DNA from: Myxococcota bacterium
Lineage (GTDB): Bacteria > Myxococcota_A > Polyangia > Polyangiales > Houyiibacteriaceae
Reading direction: 5' to 3'
Length of the DNA: 64,000 bases
NCBI GenBank assembly: GCA_039030515.1
Contig: JBCCEA010000008.1
Location: 70,704 to 134,703, forward strand
This document shows positions 40,531 to 50,451 of the stretch, one piece after another (the first letter of the stretch is position 1; each line of letters begins with the position of its first letter). Made by a program: the position numbers and the translations under genes. The notes below the pieces were generated by a model that ran no database searches, had not been told where the DNA came from, and saw nothing but the letters and a program-made list of their open reading frames with translations.

Positions 40531-42036
40531 GTGGGGTGGCACATAGGTCGACGGGACGCGCGGGCACTTCTGGGGACGGTGCTCTTCGGACTAAAGCTGC
40601 TTGGAACATCCCTCACCGCGGGCTGCCCAGCGGAGTTCCTCGTGCGGGTTGACGAAACCGATGCGGGAGCAGCCGAAAAAGATGCGGGCTTTACGCTGCC
40701 CGATGTTCCCGATTCCTGCCTCTCGGAGCCCCAGAGTCCGACGAGTATTTCGGGAACGACGGTCGGCGACGGAGGTTCGGCCTCATGCACCGCCTCAGCA
40801 CTTCAGGCCGCGCTCGACCGAGGAGGCTGGATTCGCTTCAACTGCGGGGGGAGCTCCACCGTAGTCCCGATCGAAAGCCCCCTTTCGGTTCGGCAATCCG
40901 GGACCCGACTCGACGGCGGAGGAAGAATCACCCTAAGCGGGCAAGGCAGCTCTCGGGTCCTTCAAGTACATGAAGGCGCTGCGCCGGTCACCCTGGTCGG
41001 ATTGAGCATCACCAGTGGCTCCGGAGATCGCGGTGCAGGGATTCAAATTCATCAGAATGCAACGGTGTGGCTCGATCAGGTGGCGCTCACTTCAAACGTA
41101 GCCACCGGAGAAACCGCAGCTGGCGCTCAGCCTCGCAATGGCGGCGGCGCCATCCATATCGCACCGGGAGCCAGGCTGGTCGGGTTGAACACGAACTTCC
41201 TGAACAATCGCGCAAGTTTTGGAGGTGCCTTGTGGAATCAGGGCGAAACGATTTTATTCGGAGGCAGACTCACCAGCAATCTCACCCTTGAAGAGGGTTT
41301 GGAGCAGGGAGGCGGCATCAGTGCTACCGGTGGATCACTCCGCATGTGTCAAGTTCGGGTCGAAAACAACAGCGCGGCGGAGGGAGGCGCAATCTTTGTA
41401 GATGGCGGAGCGCTCCGTGCAGAACGCACGCATTTTGTGAACAACACGGCCAGCGGCTCTGTATCTCAAACCGGATCGGGAGGCGCAATTCGAGGGATGG
41501 GCTCCGAGCTATCCTTGAGTCGATGCAGTTTCGAGGGGAACATTTCAGCAGACTCCGGCGGAGCACTCGCTCTGAGCGGTGGCGCCTCGTCGATACAGAA
41601 CACCTCCTTTATCGCGAACGCAGCCTCTGGAGGGTCTGGGGGAGCACTCTACATCGATGAGGGGGATCATCGACTCGTGCACAACACCATGTTCGGAGGA
41701 AGCTCGCGCAACGGCGGCAGCGAGCTTGCAGGATCCGGCTTGGTCACCCTCTACGGCAACCTACTCGTCGGAGGGGATAGCGTCTGTGGGGACACCTACC
41801 AAGGCGATGGGGTCCTCCAAAGCCCGGGCATACCCTGCGTGCCCTCGGCGATCCAAGACGACGGGCTGCAATTGAAGATGCTCGCGGTCGAATGCGACCA
41901 CTTAGAAGGTCGGGTGCCGAGCGCAGACAGCGCAGCCATCGACCAGGCCGCAGCGAGCACCTGTCCTGAATTCGATATGTGTGGTGCAGTGAGAGATCGC
42001 GATGCTTGTGATCTCGGAGCGGTAGAGCGCCCATAG
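40531..42036 (+). CDS. Lipoprotein with right-handed beta-helix (Pmp-like GGA(I/L)/FxxN repeats)
   Basis: Lipobox LTAGC; many GGAI/GGAL and FxxN motifs; C-terminal SAAID...CDLGAVE typical of choice-of-anchor Q-like domains. Confidence 0.78.
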   Translation: MGWHIGRRDARALLGTVLFGLKLLGTSLTAGCPAEFLVRVDETDAGAAEKDAGFTLPDVPDSCLSEPQSPTSISGTTVGDGGSASCTASALQAALDRGGWIRFNCGGSSTVVPIESPLSVRQSGTRLDGGGRITLSGQGSSRVLQVHEGAAPVTLVGLSITSGSGDRGAGIQIHQNATVWLDQVALTSNVATGETAAGAQPRNGGGAIHIAPGARLVGLNTNFLNNRASFGGALWNQGETILFGGRLTSNLTLEEGLEQGGGISATGGSLRMCQVRVENNSAAEGGAIFVDGGALRAERTHFVNNTASGSVSQTGSGGAIRGMGSELSLSRCSFEGNISADSGGALALSGGASSIQNTSFIANAASGGSGGALYIDEGDHRLVHNTMFGGSSRNGGSELAGSGLVTLYGNLLVGGDSVCGDTYQGDGVLQSPGIPCVPSAIQDDGLQLKMLAVECDHLEGRVPSADSAAIDQAAASTCPEFDMCGAVRDRDACDLGAVERP

Positions 42037-42081
42037 GCACCCAGAAAACAGATGCATGCAAGCTCGTTCGATCGGCTCTGG

Positions 42082-44634
42082 CTAGGGTGCTTGCTGAAAC
42101 ATGAACGGGTAGGAGATCTGCACGGATCCACCCTCCGGAGCGGGAAATCGCAGACGGCGTAGAACGCCGGCCATACAGCTCGTGGCCTGAGGACTGCTGA
42201 GGGTCGAGGATGCCTGGCGTACTCCGGATACGCGACCGTTGGGCTGGATCGTCCACGCAAAGGTCACCCTGCCGGAAAGGCCAGGACTCGACATCAACGC
42301 CCGTTCATAACAGGCCTGGATGGCGCCGATCGCTCGGTTGATCACGCTCTGAACCGATCCTCGATCTAGCGAACCTCCACGTTGGGTGCCCAAAGCCGAA
42401 ACCGCCCGAACGCGACCTCGCACGCGACCGGAGCGTGCCCGGCCCTCCAATTGACCCGTCTGACCGACTGCACTGGAGCCCCCGAAAGAACCAATGCGAC
42501 TACCGCCCGACTGAGAGGCGACGTTCACTCCAGAGACCCCCTCAAGCGCAGCCTGAACTCCCGTTACCGTGACCCCACCCGCTAGGGCGCCACCTTGAAC
42601 CGCTTGAATATTGGTCGTGACATCCGCAAGCGATTGACCACTACCTGCATTCGGTGTGGTCAGACGCGAAAGGAGATTCTCGGTCGCGTTCTCTGACTGC
42701 CGCTGTTGCACCTGCCTCACTCGTTCTTGCAGGGACCTAGGCAAAGCGGTTCGAGTTTGTTGTGGCGGAGGCGGCGCTTTGGCGCGTCTCGGCCGAGGTT
42801 TGGGACGCGCTCGAGGTCTGGGCGGCGGCGCATCAGGACGCTTTGCCGGCGTCTGAATCTTCGCCTCAGCAAAAATCTCTTCTTGAGGTCGGTCGTCCAC
42901 CTCAAGCCGAACATAACCGGAGTCTGCGAGAGAATCGAATCCAACTCCGAGCAATACGTGGACCATGAGCGCCAGCAGCGCGACCAGGGCGAAAATAGTG
43001 GAAGGGGGTTGAGTCGATAGACTTGGGACCTCGGTGGCAAAACCGGGTCGTACGCTCCAGCTCAGCTCCCCCTGCTTGACCCGAAGCTTCTCGCCGACTC
43101 TGAGGGTCAGCTTCTCGCCGCCGCCCAGACGCTCGATCGTGCCGTCCTCCTGTTCGCGAACCGCATGATCGGCTTCGAGCAGCTGCACTTCGACCGAACG
43201 CTCTTGTGCACGAAAAAGACCTGGAAAACCGTCAGATGCAAAGTCATCCCCAAAGGCAACCCGGGTATCAAGAGCGCGATCTCGATAGAAGCGAACGACT
43301 TCGAGCGATAGCTCCCTTGAAGCGATCGGCTCCCCAACACGGAGCATGTCGTGAGGGTCGACCTCGATGAACGACTGGTCTTCCTCTTCATCATCCTCAT
43401 CGATGAGAAGTTGCGGAGGGCGGAGAGATACGCCCGCATATGGAGCCTGAAGCGCCTCCTGCAGATGCCCTTGACCTCTACTCGGCTGCGGATCGACGGA
43501 CTCGACTTCCGGCGTAGACTGCAGTACAGATGAAGAAATCCCTGAAAGCCTGAGCGAGTCGGGACGCGAAACCGGATCGGTAGCGGGTTCCACTTCGGAT
43601 TCCAGAACATCTGCAAGCCCGCCATCCCATTCGATGGGCGGCTGAACCGCAGCACTCTCAAGCGACTTCGATTCAAGCCTCGGTGCATCGAGACTGATCT
43701 CAGTCGAATCGAACTCCTCCTCCAGACCCGAGAGCAGGGCCATTCGACTCGCGTCCCGAACTTTGACCTGCAACGTGGCGAGTTTCTTGCCGGCCCGCGG
43801 ATGCGTGAGCGCATAGGGCTCAAGGCGTGCGATCGCGTCGTGCGTGTGACCCATCTTCACGAGCAGATCGGCAAGACGCAGGATGGCGTGTTCTTCGGGC
43901 GCCTCCGCGGCGCGCAGATAGGCACTGTAGAGCTCGACCAGAGCGTCACCGGTCAGCTCGCGTTCAAGATCTGCAGTCAGCGACTCGTCCGAAGGGCACG
44001 CATGAAAAGCCTTGCGAAGTAACACCTGACGACGCTCCGGGTCGTGAGCGGCGAGATGACGCAAGAGCTGAGATGCCTGCTGGCGGTCTTGAGACTCCTG
44101 CTCCGGCACTTGTGATGCGTGTCTCAAGAGCAGATCCGCCAGGTACTCCGCAGCCTCCGGCAGCTTGGTCGCAACGGGTGACAGGACTTTGATCGCCTCA
44201 TCGGAGTAGCCGAGATCGTGTAGCGCGCGACCAAAATCTAGTTCTGCCACCGCACGCTGCGGCGCAGGTATCTGCTGACGTCGGCACAACTCGAGACGAT
44301 GCCGATGAAGCTCAAGACGCTGCATTGGCTCATGCTGAAAGATACGGTCGATCGCCGGGCCGAGGGATGCCGCGCCCGATGCGTGTTCCATCGCCTGATT
44401 CAATAGCTCCAGACTGCGTGCGGGATCACTCGAGAAGCGGATCTCCGCCGCTTCGATCAAAATAGACGCCGACAATTCTGGATCGCCTACTTTTCCTGCC
44501 CGCCACTCGAGGGTCTTTGCAAGCACGCCCCATTGCTCCATGCCCACGAGGTGATCCCGGACCCGCTGCATCGCAGCGTGATCCTCTGGATTTCGATAGA
44601 GCGCGGTGACCAGCTCTTTTGTCTTCGGGTCCAT
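42082..44634 (-). CDS. TonB/TolA-like energy transducer, GltG/PglI-like, with long cytoplasmic helical N-terminus
   Basis: TM LVALLALMVHVLLG with the TonB-type His; Pro/Arg-rich linker; C-terminal IQACYERAL...LSGRV...WTI...C...FPAPEGG...YPF domain. Confidence 0.8.
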   Translation of the reverse strand: MDPKTKELVTALYRNPEDHAAMQRVRDHLVGMEQWGVLAKTLEWRAGKVGDPELSASILIEAAEIRFSSDPARSLELLNQAMEHASGAASLGPAIDRIFQHEPMQRLELHRHRLELCRRQQIPAPQRAVAELDFGRALHDLGYSDEAIKVLSPVATKLPEAAEYLADLLLRHASQVPEQESQDRQQASQLLRHLAAHDPERRQVLLRKAFHACPSDESLTADLERELTGDALVELYSAYLRAAEAPEEHAILRLADLLVKMGHTHDAIARLEPYALTHPRAGKKLATLQVKVRDASRMALLSGLEEEFDSTEISLDAPRLESKSLESAAVQPPIEWDGGLADVLESEVEPATDPVSRPDSLRLSGISSSVLQSTPEVESVDPQPSRGQGHLQEALQAPYAGVSLRPPQLLIDEDDEEEDQSFIEVDPHDMLRVGEPIASRELSLEVVRFYRDRALDTRVAFGDDFASDGFPGLFRAQERSVEVQLLEADHAVREQEDGTIERLGGGEKLTLRVGEKLRVKQGELSWSVRPGFATEVPSLSTQPPSTIFALVALLALMVHVLLGVGFDSLADSGYVRLEVDDRPQEEIFAEAKIQTPAKRPDAPPPRPRARPKPRPRRAKAPPPPQQTRTALPRSLQERVRQVQQRQSENATENLLSRLTTPNAGSGQSLADVTTNIQAVQGGALAGGVTVTGVQAALEGVSGVNVASQSGGSRIGSFGGSSAVGQTGQLEGRARSGRVRGRVRAVSALGTQRGGSLDRGSVQSVINRAIGAIQACYERALMSSPGLSGRVTFAWTIQPNGRVSGVRQASSTLSSPQATSCMAGVLRRLRFPAPEGGSVQISYPFMFQQAP

Positions 44635-45087
44635 CTATCGTCGGCCACTCCTTCTCGGACGACGCGCAGGCTTGGTTGGCCATGCCGGTGGCTGATCGAC
44701 GGGTCCGAGGATCGTGCGCACCGTGTCTTGGGAAAAATCAGTGCGTTCAGCGGTGAGCGGCGGCAGCGGCCTTCTGCCTCGATTGAATAGGACAACAGCT
44801 CCCGCTCCAGCGGTCTCGCCGCGGACCAAGCGATCGTCGAATTCCATCCGATTCGAACGACGCAGGCTTCCACCAGTTTGCACCTCAGAGGCAGACTCTT
44901 CTACAGATGCCTCTGTTTCACGATCACGCCGTCGATTCTCTCCGCGCTCTGCGGACGCGCGACGGCTCTGAGACCTCGAGCGCTCGGCACGCCCATCGTC
45001 CTGAGCAAAGACAAACTGCCCGCCCGCACCGGCCTCGAAAAAGCAGAGGGTGAGGAGCGCAAAAAGCCACGTACGAGCCACATTCAT
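44635..45087 (-). CDS. Small secreted protein, GltF/CglF-like
   Basis: Signal peptide; MEFDDRLVRGE...VVLFNR...L...RTDF resembles the GltF-type core; located between exbD and gltG-like genes. Confidence 0.62.
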   Translation of the reverse strand: MNVARTWLFALLTLCFFEAGAGGQFVFAQDDGRAERSRSQSRRASAERGENRRRDRETEASVEESASEVQTGGSLRRSNRMEFDDRLVRGETAGAGAVVLFNRGRRPLPPLTAERTDFSQDTVRTILGPVDQPPAWPTKPARRPRRSGRR

Positions 45088-45596
45088 GATCGAATCACCG
45101 CCAATCGATATTTGAAAAACCCCGCTTCTGCGGCGGAGCGTAAAATGACAAACAGCGTTTCGTACTCCAGCTCTCGATCCGCCTGTACGACGATGATCGG
45201 TTCAGAAGTCGCTTCTCCGGTAGCCACCGCTTGACTCAACTCCGACGCGGTCTCCTCGCCGAAACGCTTTTGGTACTCCTCCTCTAGCTTGGAGACCAGC
45301 ATAGGCACGGAATCGCTCTCAACTTGACTCTCGCGAAAAGCGCCATCTTCTTGGAGTTCAAGCACCACCTCTTCTTCCACCACCACCTTACGCCCCGTAA
45401 CCGCCAAGTTGACCGCCGGGCGAAGTTCGGCACGCGCAGTGCTCTCGGGCAGAGTGAGATCTGGATTCAGCTTGAACTCAAAACTCTCGGCTTCGAAAGA
45501 GACGATCAGGAAGATCAGGATGATGGTGAACATATCGAGGAGCGAGGTCAGCATCAGGGTCGGTGCCTTTTTTGGACCACGTCGCCTGCGCATCAT
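45084..45596 (-). CDS. ExbD/TolR-family stator subunit (AglQ/AglS-like)
   Basis: TM LTSLLDMFTIILIFL with conserved Asp; VQADRELEY...AGF. Confidence 0.9.
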   Translation of the reverse strand: MMRRRRGPKKAPTLMLTSLLDMFTIILIFLIVSFEAESFEFKLNPDLTLPESTARAELRPAVNLAVTGRKVVVEEEVVLELQEDGAFRESQVESDSVPMLVSKLEEEYQKRFGEETASELSQAVATGEATSEPIIVVQADRELEYETLFVILRSAAEAGFFKYRLAVIRS

Positions 45597-46189
45597 GGCG
45601 AGCCTCCTTCGCTCGCTGCACCTTCCGCAGAGGCTCCTTGACTTTGATCCGCGGTGATCAGGCGCGAAAAGACGACCACGTTGAATAGCTCACTGCGCAC
45701 TTCGTTTCCGTCCGAATCGGTTTCTCCGGTTTCGTAATCACGAACCGCATCGAGCACCTGGACCAGTCGCTCATACTTGATGTCCGATTCAGGAAGTACG
45801 ATCACCGTGTCCGAAGTCGGAAAACGTCGCTTCAAACCTTTGACATACTGCTGCACCGCCGCCCCGGAGGACACGCCAGTCCAGCTGAAGGAACGGGCAA
45901 GCCCTTGCAGAGCGGCTTCGTCCAGCTCAGGACTGCTCGCCGTAAACTCAAGCTGATTGGCTTTCACCACTAGGTTGAGCGTGATCTCGGCAGGCGGCTC
46001 CGGGGGCGGATCGGCAACCGTATGACTCGGAAGCGAGGCGGGGATGATGCCGATATGAAAAAAAGAGGCGCCCATCAGGAGAAAGGGGATGAGGATCACG
46101 AGCAGATTCATCACCGGGATTAGGTCGAGCTCTACCGCTTCGCGCGTACGTCGGTAGCGGTCAAACGCCACGCGAACTCTCTTGTCCAC
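45593..46189 (-). CDS. ExbD/TolR-family subunit (AglS/AglQ-like) with Asn at the conserved TM Asp position
   Basis: ELDLIPVMNLLVILIPFLL; PESDIKYERLVQVLDAVR. Confidence 0.85.
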   Translation of the reverse strand: MDKRVRVAFDRYRRTREAVELDLIPVMNLLVILIPFLLMGASFFHIGIIPASLPSHTVADPPPEPPAEITLNLVVKANQLEFTASSPELDEAALQGLARSFSWTGVSSGAAVQQYVKGLKRRFPTSDTVIVLPESDIKYERLVQVLDAVRDYETGETDSDGNEVRSELFNVVVFSRLITADQSQGASAEGAASEGGSP

Positions 46190-46964
46190 CCGAGCGGGAG
46201 TCTTGACGCAAACGTGCCAGGGTAACGAGCACCCGGCAGGCCGCGCTTTCGACTTCCATCAAGATCACTTCCTGACGTCGCGAGACAAAGTGGTGAAAAA
46301 AGAGCAGCGGTACCGCGACCAGAATCCCGAAGAAGGTCGTGTACATCGCCTGAGAAATACCGTCGGCTAAGGCCGTCTGGCGCTCTGCGGCGCTGGCAGC
46401 AGCCACCGAGTTGAACGCAGTGATCAGACCCAGAATCGTCCCGAGAAGGCCGAGCAGCGTGGCAGCATTGGCAAGCAAGGCGATAATGCCGATACGCTTG
46501 CTGAGCGGCTTGAGGCTTTGGAGCATGGCATTTTCCATGGCCCGCTCGACATCTCTCTCCCGCTGATTCGCGGAGATGAGGCCCGCACGCACCACATCGA
46601 CGAGGGGATGCTTGGTGCGAACTCGACAGTGCCGTATCGCTTCATCCCACTGCCCCGTTTCGACGGCGCGCAACACCTTACCCATCACGCCTTCGGCATT
46701 CAACCGGCGCTGCAGGAAGAGATCTACCGCACGCTCTAGAAACACGATCATCCCCACGATCGACGCGCCGAGAATCACGTACATCATCCAGCCGCCGTCG
46801 GTAAGGTAGGCTAAAACCGTACTTCCCCCGCCCGAAGCTTCCTCTGAGGCTGCCTGTGACGCTTCCTCCTGAGCGAAAAGTGAAGCTGGGAAAGTGAGTA
46901 GCGAAAAGCCCAGGATCCACCCCACCCGGGATAACGCTTTTGGCATCATCTGTCGCTCCTCCAA
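46161..46964 (-). CDS. MotA/TolQ/ExbB proton channel (AglR-like)
   Basis: GGWMMYVI; ATLLGLLGTILGLITAF; LADGISQAMYTTFFGILVAVP; start may be 46949. Confidence 0.93.
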   Translation of the reverse strand: MEERQMMPKALSRVGWILGFSLLTFPASLFAQEEASQAASEEASGGGSTVLAYLTDGGWMMYVILGASIVGMIVFLERAVDLFLQRRLNAEGVMGKVLRAVETGQWDEAIRHCRVRTKHPLVDVVRAGLISANQRERDVERAMENAMLQSLKPLSKRIGIIALLANAATLLGLLGTILGLITAFNSVAAASAAERQTALADGISQAMYTTFFGILVAVPLLFFHHFVSRRQEVILMEVESAACRVLVTLARLRQDSRSGGQESSRGV

Positions 46965-47067
46965 TAACTACCGATTATCGACTCGCAAATGCTTTCCCAC
47001 TTGCCTATTGGTAGCAAATACAGACAAGGTGAGATACGGCAAGGGTAAAGACTTTTAAAGAGTTGCT

Positions 47068-47610
47068 GTGGGAGTAACGGTGCCACGAACTACATGTTTT
47101 CCGCCACGGTTATTTCATTTCATCAGAACCCGGTGGTCACGATCGCTCGTAAGCTCATGGCTTATCGTCCTGACGGGTTCAGGTTACGGTTGCGCCTCTG
47201 ACGAGGATCTATTCATCGGATCTCGCCTAGAAAACCTCTGCAACGAAGCTCTGCCAATATGCAACTCAAGAGCCGGATGTCTGCTGCGCGAGGATGAATA
47301 CATTCGAGGACAGTTCCCCGGGGGCCAACAATACATCTTCAATACGCCCACCGACTCCTCTCGCATTCGAATTCGTCTACACCTGGTGGATCAAGTATTC
47401 GCTGGAACAGAACTGTTGTTTCGAGCTTCGGACATCGGCTGCAACGGTTTCGATCAGGAGCTGAAGCAGGATGTGGATTTATTTCGACTTGCTGGGGATT
47501 CTCAAACGATCGCCGAGGCTCTCGAGGTCGAAGGCCGCGGGGAGCATCTTATAGAAGTGTTTAGCGATATGACGTCAGGCTTCCTGATAACGACGACCTT
47601 GGTCGATTGA
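47068..47610 (+). CDS. Cys-containing lipoprotein, beta-rich domain
   Basis: Lipobox-like GYGC; C-x5-C-x5-C cluster; divergent from exbB. Confidence 0.62.
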   Translation: MGVTVPRTTCFPPRLFHFIRTRWSRSLVSSWLIVLTGSGYGCASDEDLFIGSRLENLCNEALPICNSRAGCLLREDEYIRGQFPGGQQYIFNTPTDSSRIRIRLHLVDQVFAGTELLFRASDIGCNGFDQELKQDVDLFRLAGDSQTIAEALEVEGRGEHLIEVFSDMTSGFLITTTLVD

Positions 47611-47668
47611 CGGCGCAGGGCATTCCAAGCAGGTAGGGCCGTTTCAAGCGACGTCACCCGTTACCCCA

Positions 47669-49678
47669 TTATCTGGGGGAGACGAATTCTTCGTCAGAAA
47701 CCGAAAGGATCGCCTCAGACGGTTGCCGCGTCGACGGCGGAATAAACACGACGGGCACCTCGGCAATGCGCACTGGCCCAGGATCCTGCAAACGCTCTGT
47801 AGTCGCCTCTCCGAAAAAGAGAAGGATGCGATTGTCTCCGCGAAACCGGTCCTCCGTCTCGAGTGTCGGCATCAAGCGAATGTTCCGAACGGTGTAGCTC
47901 AAACACTGCCGGGTCTGAAATATAACCCGCACGGACTCCGTCACGTCTCTTGGAGGCAGGAGTCGTACGTCGATACGCACTCGCAAAAAGCGACCCTGCT
48001 CTCCCTCTTCTTCCAGGTAAGAGCTGCTTGGCAGCAGGACGAAACCGTCCTCCCCAACCTCTTCAAGAGCTCGCTCTAGGTCCACGGCCGGTCCGGATTG
48101 TTCGTCTACCGCATCACGCCACGCCAAAGTGCCGGCAAACGAATCGTACTGCAGCACGCCAACCCCTGCGGTGGTGCCTTGGCTTGCGACGATCTCGATG
48201 AACCCAGTGATCTCTTCAGGTCGAACTACGAGAAGATCCTGGACGATCCCCTCGTCCTCGAGCTCATAGCGGTACCCGAAGTCGAGCTGCGCTTCCAGAT
48301 CGGCCGAACGGGGATCGGTATGCTGACGCAGCTCATCGGCATTGCTTGTGCCGTCGTCGTCGTAGTCACCTGCGGCGTCGCTATCCAAGTAGTTCGCTAG
48401 GGCGTACACCTCGACGAGATCCGGCGAGCTATCTCCATCGGTATCGGCGAGGTTGGCGTTGGTTCCAAGCAACGCTTCTTCGCAGTCGGTCAGTCCATCG
48501 AGCTCGCGATCGGCGTCAAGGTCCAGTCCGCGGCACGCAGCGGGTTCATCCAGCTGAGTCGGGTCGAAAAACAGCAGCGTTTCAATCCGGTCGGAAATGC
48601 CATCGCCATCGGTATCTCGACGCAGAGGGTCACTACCCACGTCCAGCTCATCTGCATCGGAGAGGCCGTCTCCATCACTGTCGGTCAGAGGACCCAGCTC
48701 GCTGATGGCCGCATTTTGATTGAATGCAATGAGTGATTTTACCTGAAGCGGAGAACGCTCCTGAAATACGGTCAGGTCGCTTACTTGGAGCCCGCCCACG
48801 TTGTCCAGGCGCCGATAGGTACCTCCGCCGGCAAAGGCCATTCTCTGACCCCGCACCTGCAAGGCTTGGTTGGCCGCAGGTTCATCAGCCGCCAGATGCA
48901 ATACGTGCACTTTCAGGCCCAAGGCTCCAGCGTCGCGCACCAACTCGACCATTTCCTGAACCGCTTCTACCTCTAAGTCGGACTGACAGGCGTCTGGATC
49001 GTCCGCTCCTTCACACTCCGCAGCGACGGGCTCTTGCGGTCCCGAAAGGATCAGCAGCACTGCATATTGAGTTAGGGTTCTCGCTCCAGCTCGAGACTCC
49101 GCCACATCACCTTCGATGAGGGCCCTCGCCGAGCGCAAACCCTCAAAGTAGTCCCGGCACGTACCCAATGCGCTACATGCCTGGGGAATCGCCAAAGTCG
49201 CGATGGCGGCATCCAACTCAGAAGCGTTTCGAGTGAAGTTGCCGTCTTCGGGAGCGAGCTTCTGCGCTCTGCCTGCAAAACCGATCACCGACATCTCGGT
49301 GCCTTCATTCTGAAGTGCGAGCTGCGTGAAGGTATTCAAGTCTCTTACTCTCTCGCCGGTGGGGTCATATGTGGAGTAGAGCGGCCCATCGCCGCGATCG
49401 GCGACGATCACCAGACGTAGAGGGAGATCTTCGCTCACCACATCTCTCGTACAGACCCGCCCACTAAAACTCACCCTATCGGCCTGAAGACCGGCTGAAC
49501 TGCGTTCAAACAAACGCGCATCCGTACAGCCGAATACCGCAAACTGAAGAACCGTAGCGACCCATAGGCAACGCGGCCCGATGTGGACGGGGCGCCAGAA
49601 CTTCTGGTGAATCGTGGGCACTGACGTGGGAACACTGCGGCGGGGCATCATCTGATTCATCCGAAATGCGGCCCGCAA
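47669..49678 (-). CDS. VWA + Ca-binding (DxDxDG) repeat lipoprotein, Mts-like; degenerate MIDAS
   Basis: Lipobox VFGC; VWA topology; DSDGDGLSD/DTDGDG repeats; C-terminal domain shared with the 51954 and 54173 genes; start uncertain. Confidence 0.72.
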   Translation of the reverse strand: MRAAFRMNQMMPRRSVPTSVPTIHQKFWRPVHIGPRCLWVATVLQFAVFGCTDARLFERSSAGLQADRVSFSGRVCTRDVVSEDLPLRLVIVADRGDGPLYSTYDPTGERVRDLNTFTQLALQNEGTEMSVIGFAGRAQKLAPEDGNFTRNASELDAAIATLAIPQACSALGTCRDYFEGLRSARALIEGDVAESRAGARTLTQYAVLLILSGPQEPVAAECEGADDPDACQSDLEVEAVQEMVELVRDAGALGLKVHVLHLAADEPAANQALQVRGQRMAFAGGGTYRRLDNVGGLQVSDLTVFQERSPLQVKSLIAFNQNAAISELGPLTDSDGDGLSDADELDVGSDPLRRDTDGDGISDRIETLLFFDPTQLDEPAACRGLDLDADRELDGLTDCEEALLGTNANLADTDGDSSPDLVEVYALANYLDSDAAGDYDDDGTSNADELRQHTDPRSADLEAQLDFGYRYELEDEGIVQDLLVVRPEEITGFIEIVASQGTTAGVGVLQYDSFAGTLAWRDAVDEQSGPAVDLERALEEVGEDGFVLLPSSSYLEEEGEQGRFLRVRIDVRLLPPRDVTESVRVIFQTRQCLSYTVRNIRLMPTLETEDRFRGDNRILLFFGEATTERLQDPGPVRIAEVPVVFIPPSTRQPSEAILSVSDEEFVSPR

Positions 49679-49813
49679 GTTGTTCGGGCAAAATATACGG
49701 TATCTATTTGAGAAGCGTTGTTCATCTAGAATGCGTCGTTAGGTCAAAATACCTCGTCGCACTTAGGCATAGCCACTCTAAGATCGATCACCCCGCTAGG
49801 GCGCGACACCACA

Positions 49814-50317
49814 TTAGAGCAGTTCACCGCACCGAGGCGCATCTTGGGGAAGCGGCGCCGTCTCGCATATGCCGCCCGTGCACGTTTGAGTGAAGTCACA
49901 GTTGAGTACGCCTCGGCAAGATTCCGAGAGAGGAAATTCAAGACTAGAAAGCGTAGTGAAATCCAGCACTCGAATCGATGCGCTACCGACGATAACGCCG
50001 GCACTCCGGGCCTCGGCGCGGACAAATCCTGAGCCAACGAGCGTCAACGTAGGCACCGAAGTTGAAAGGGGAAAAGTGAGCTCTTCCCCTTTCGCGGAGG
50101 CATCGCCCACCACCGCCTCAAGCAGCGACACTCCAGAGATGCTTGTCGCTACTACCCGCAGAGCATCGGCACTTGAAGCGTCGAAGTCACCGCAGAACAC
50201 GATATCGAGCGAGGAGGAGCTATCCCCACATGCACTTATAGAATTGGCCGATAAGGCGATGACGAATAAGAAGCGTGTCCGCCACAGCAAGCATGCGGAA
50301 TGATGATCCTCTGTCAC
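49814..50317 (-). CDS. Small lipoprotein with Cys-rich C-terminus
   Basis: Lipobox ISAC; CRGVLNCDFTQTCTGGIC. Confidence 0.6.
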   Translation of the reverse strand: MTEDHHSACLLWRTRFLFVIALSANSISACGDSSSSLDIVFCGDFDASSADALRVVATSISGVSLLEAVVGDASAKGEELTFPLSTSVPTLTLVGSGFVRAEARSAGVIVGSASIRVLDFTTLSSLEFPLSESCRGVLNCDFTQTCTGGICETAPLPQDAPRCGELL

Positions 50318-50451
50318 GATATCCCTTTCGCACCCAAAGTAACGTGCGCTGAGAAGAGAATAAAGAAAAGCATTCTCCTGCCATTTATTTATCCAGACCG
50401 GGGAGCAAACACCTAGGATAGAGATGTGCTTCTAAAAATGTTCGCTGCTTG

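Noticed and set aside
45084..46964. Ordinary TonB-ExbBD iron uptake or Tol-Pal operon
   Set aside because: No TonB-dependent receptor, tolB or pal nearby; two ExbDs plus GltF/G/A/C/D-like neighbours fit an Agl-Glt-type system better.
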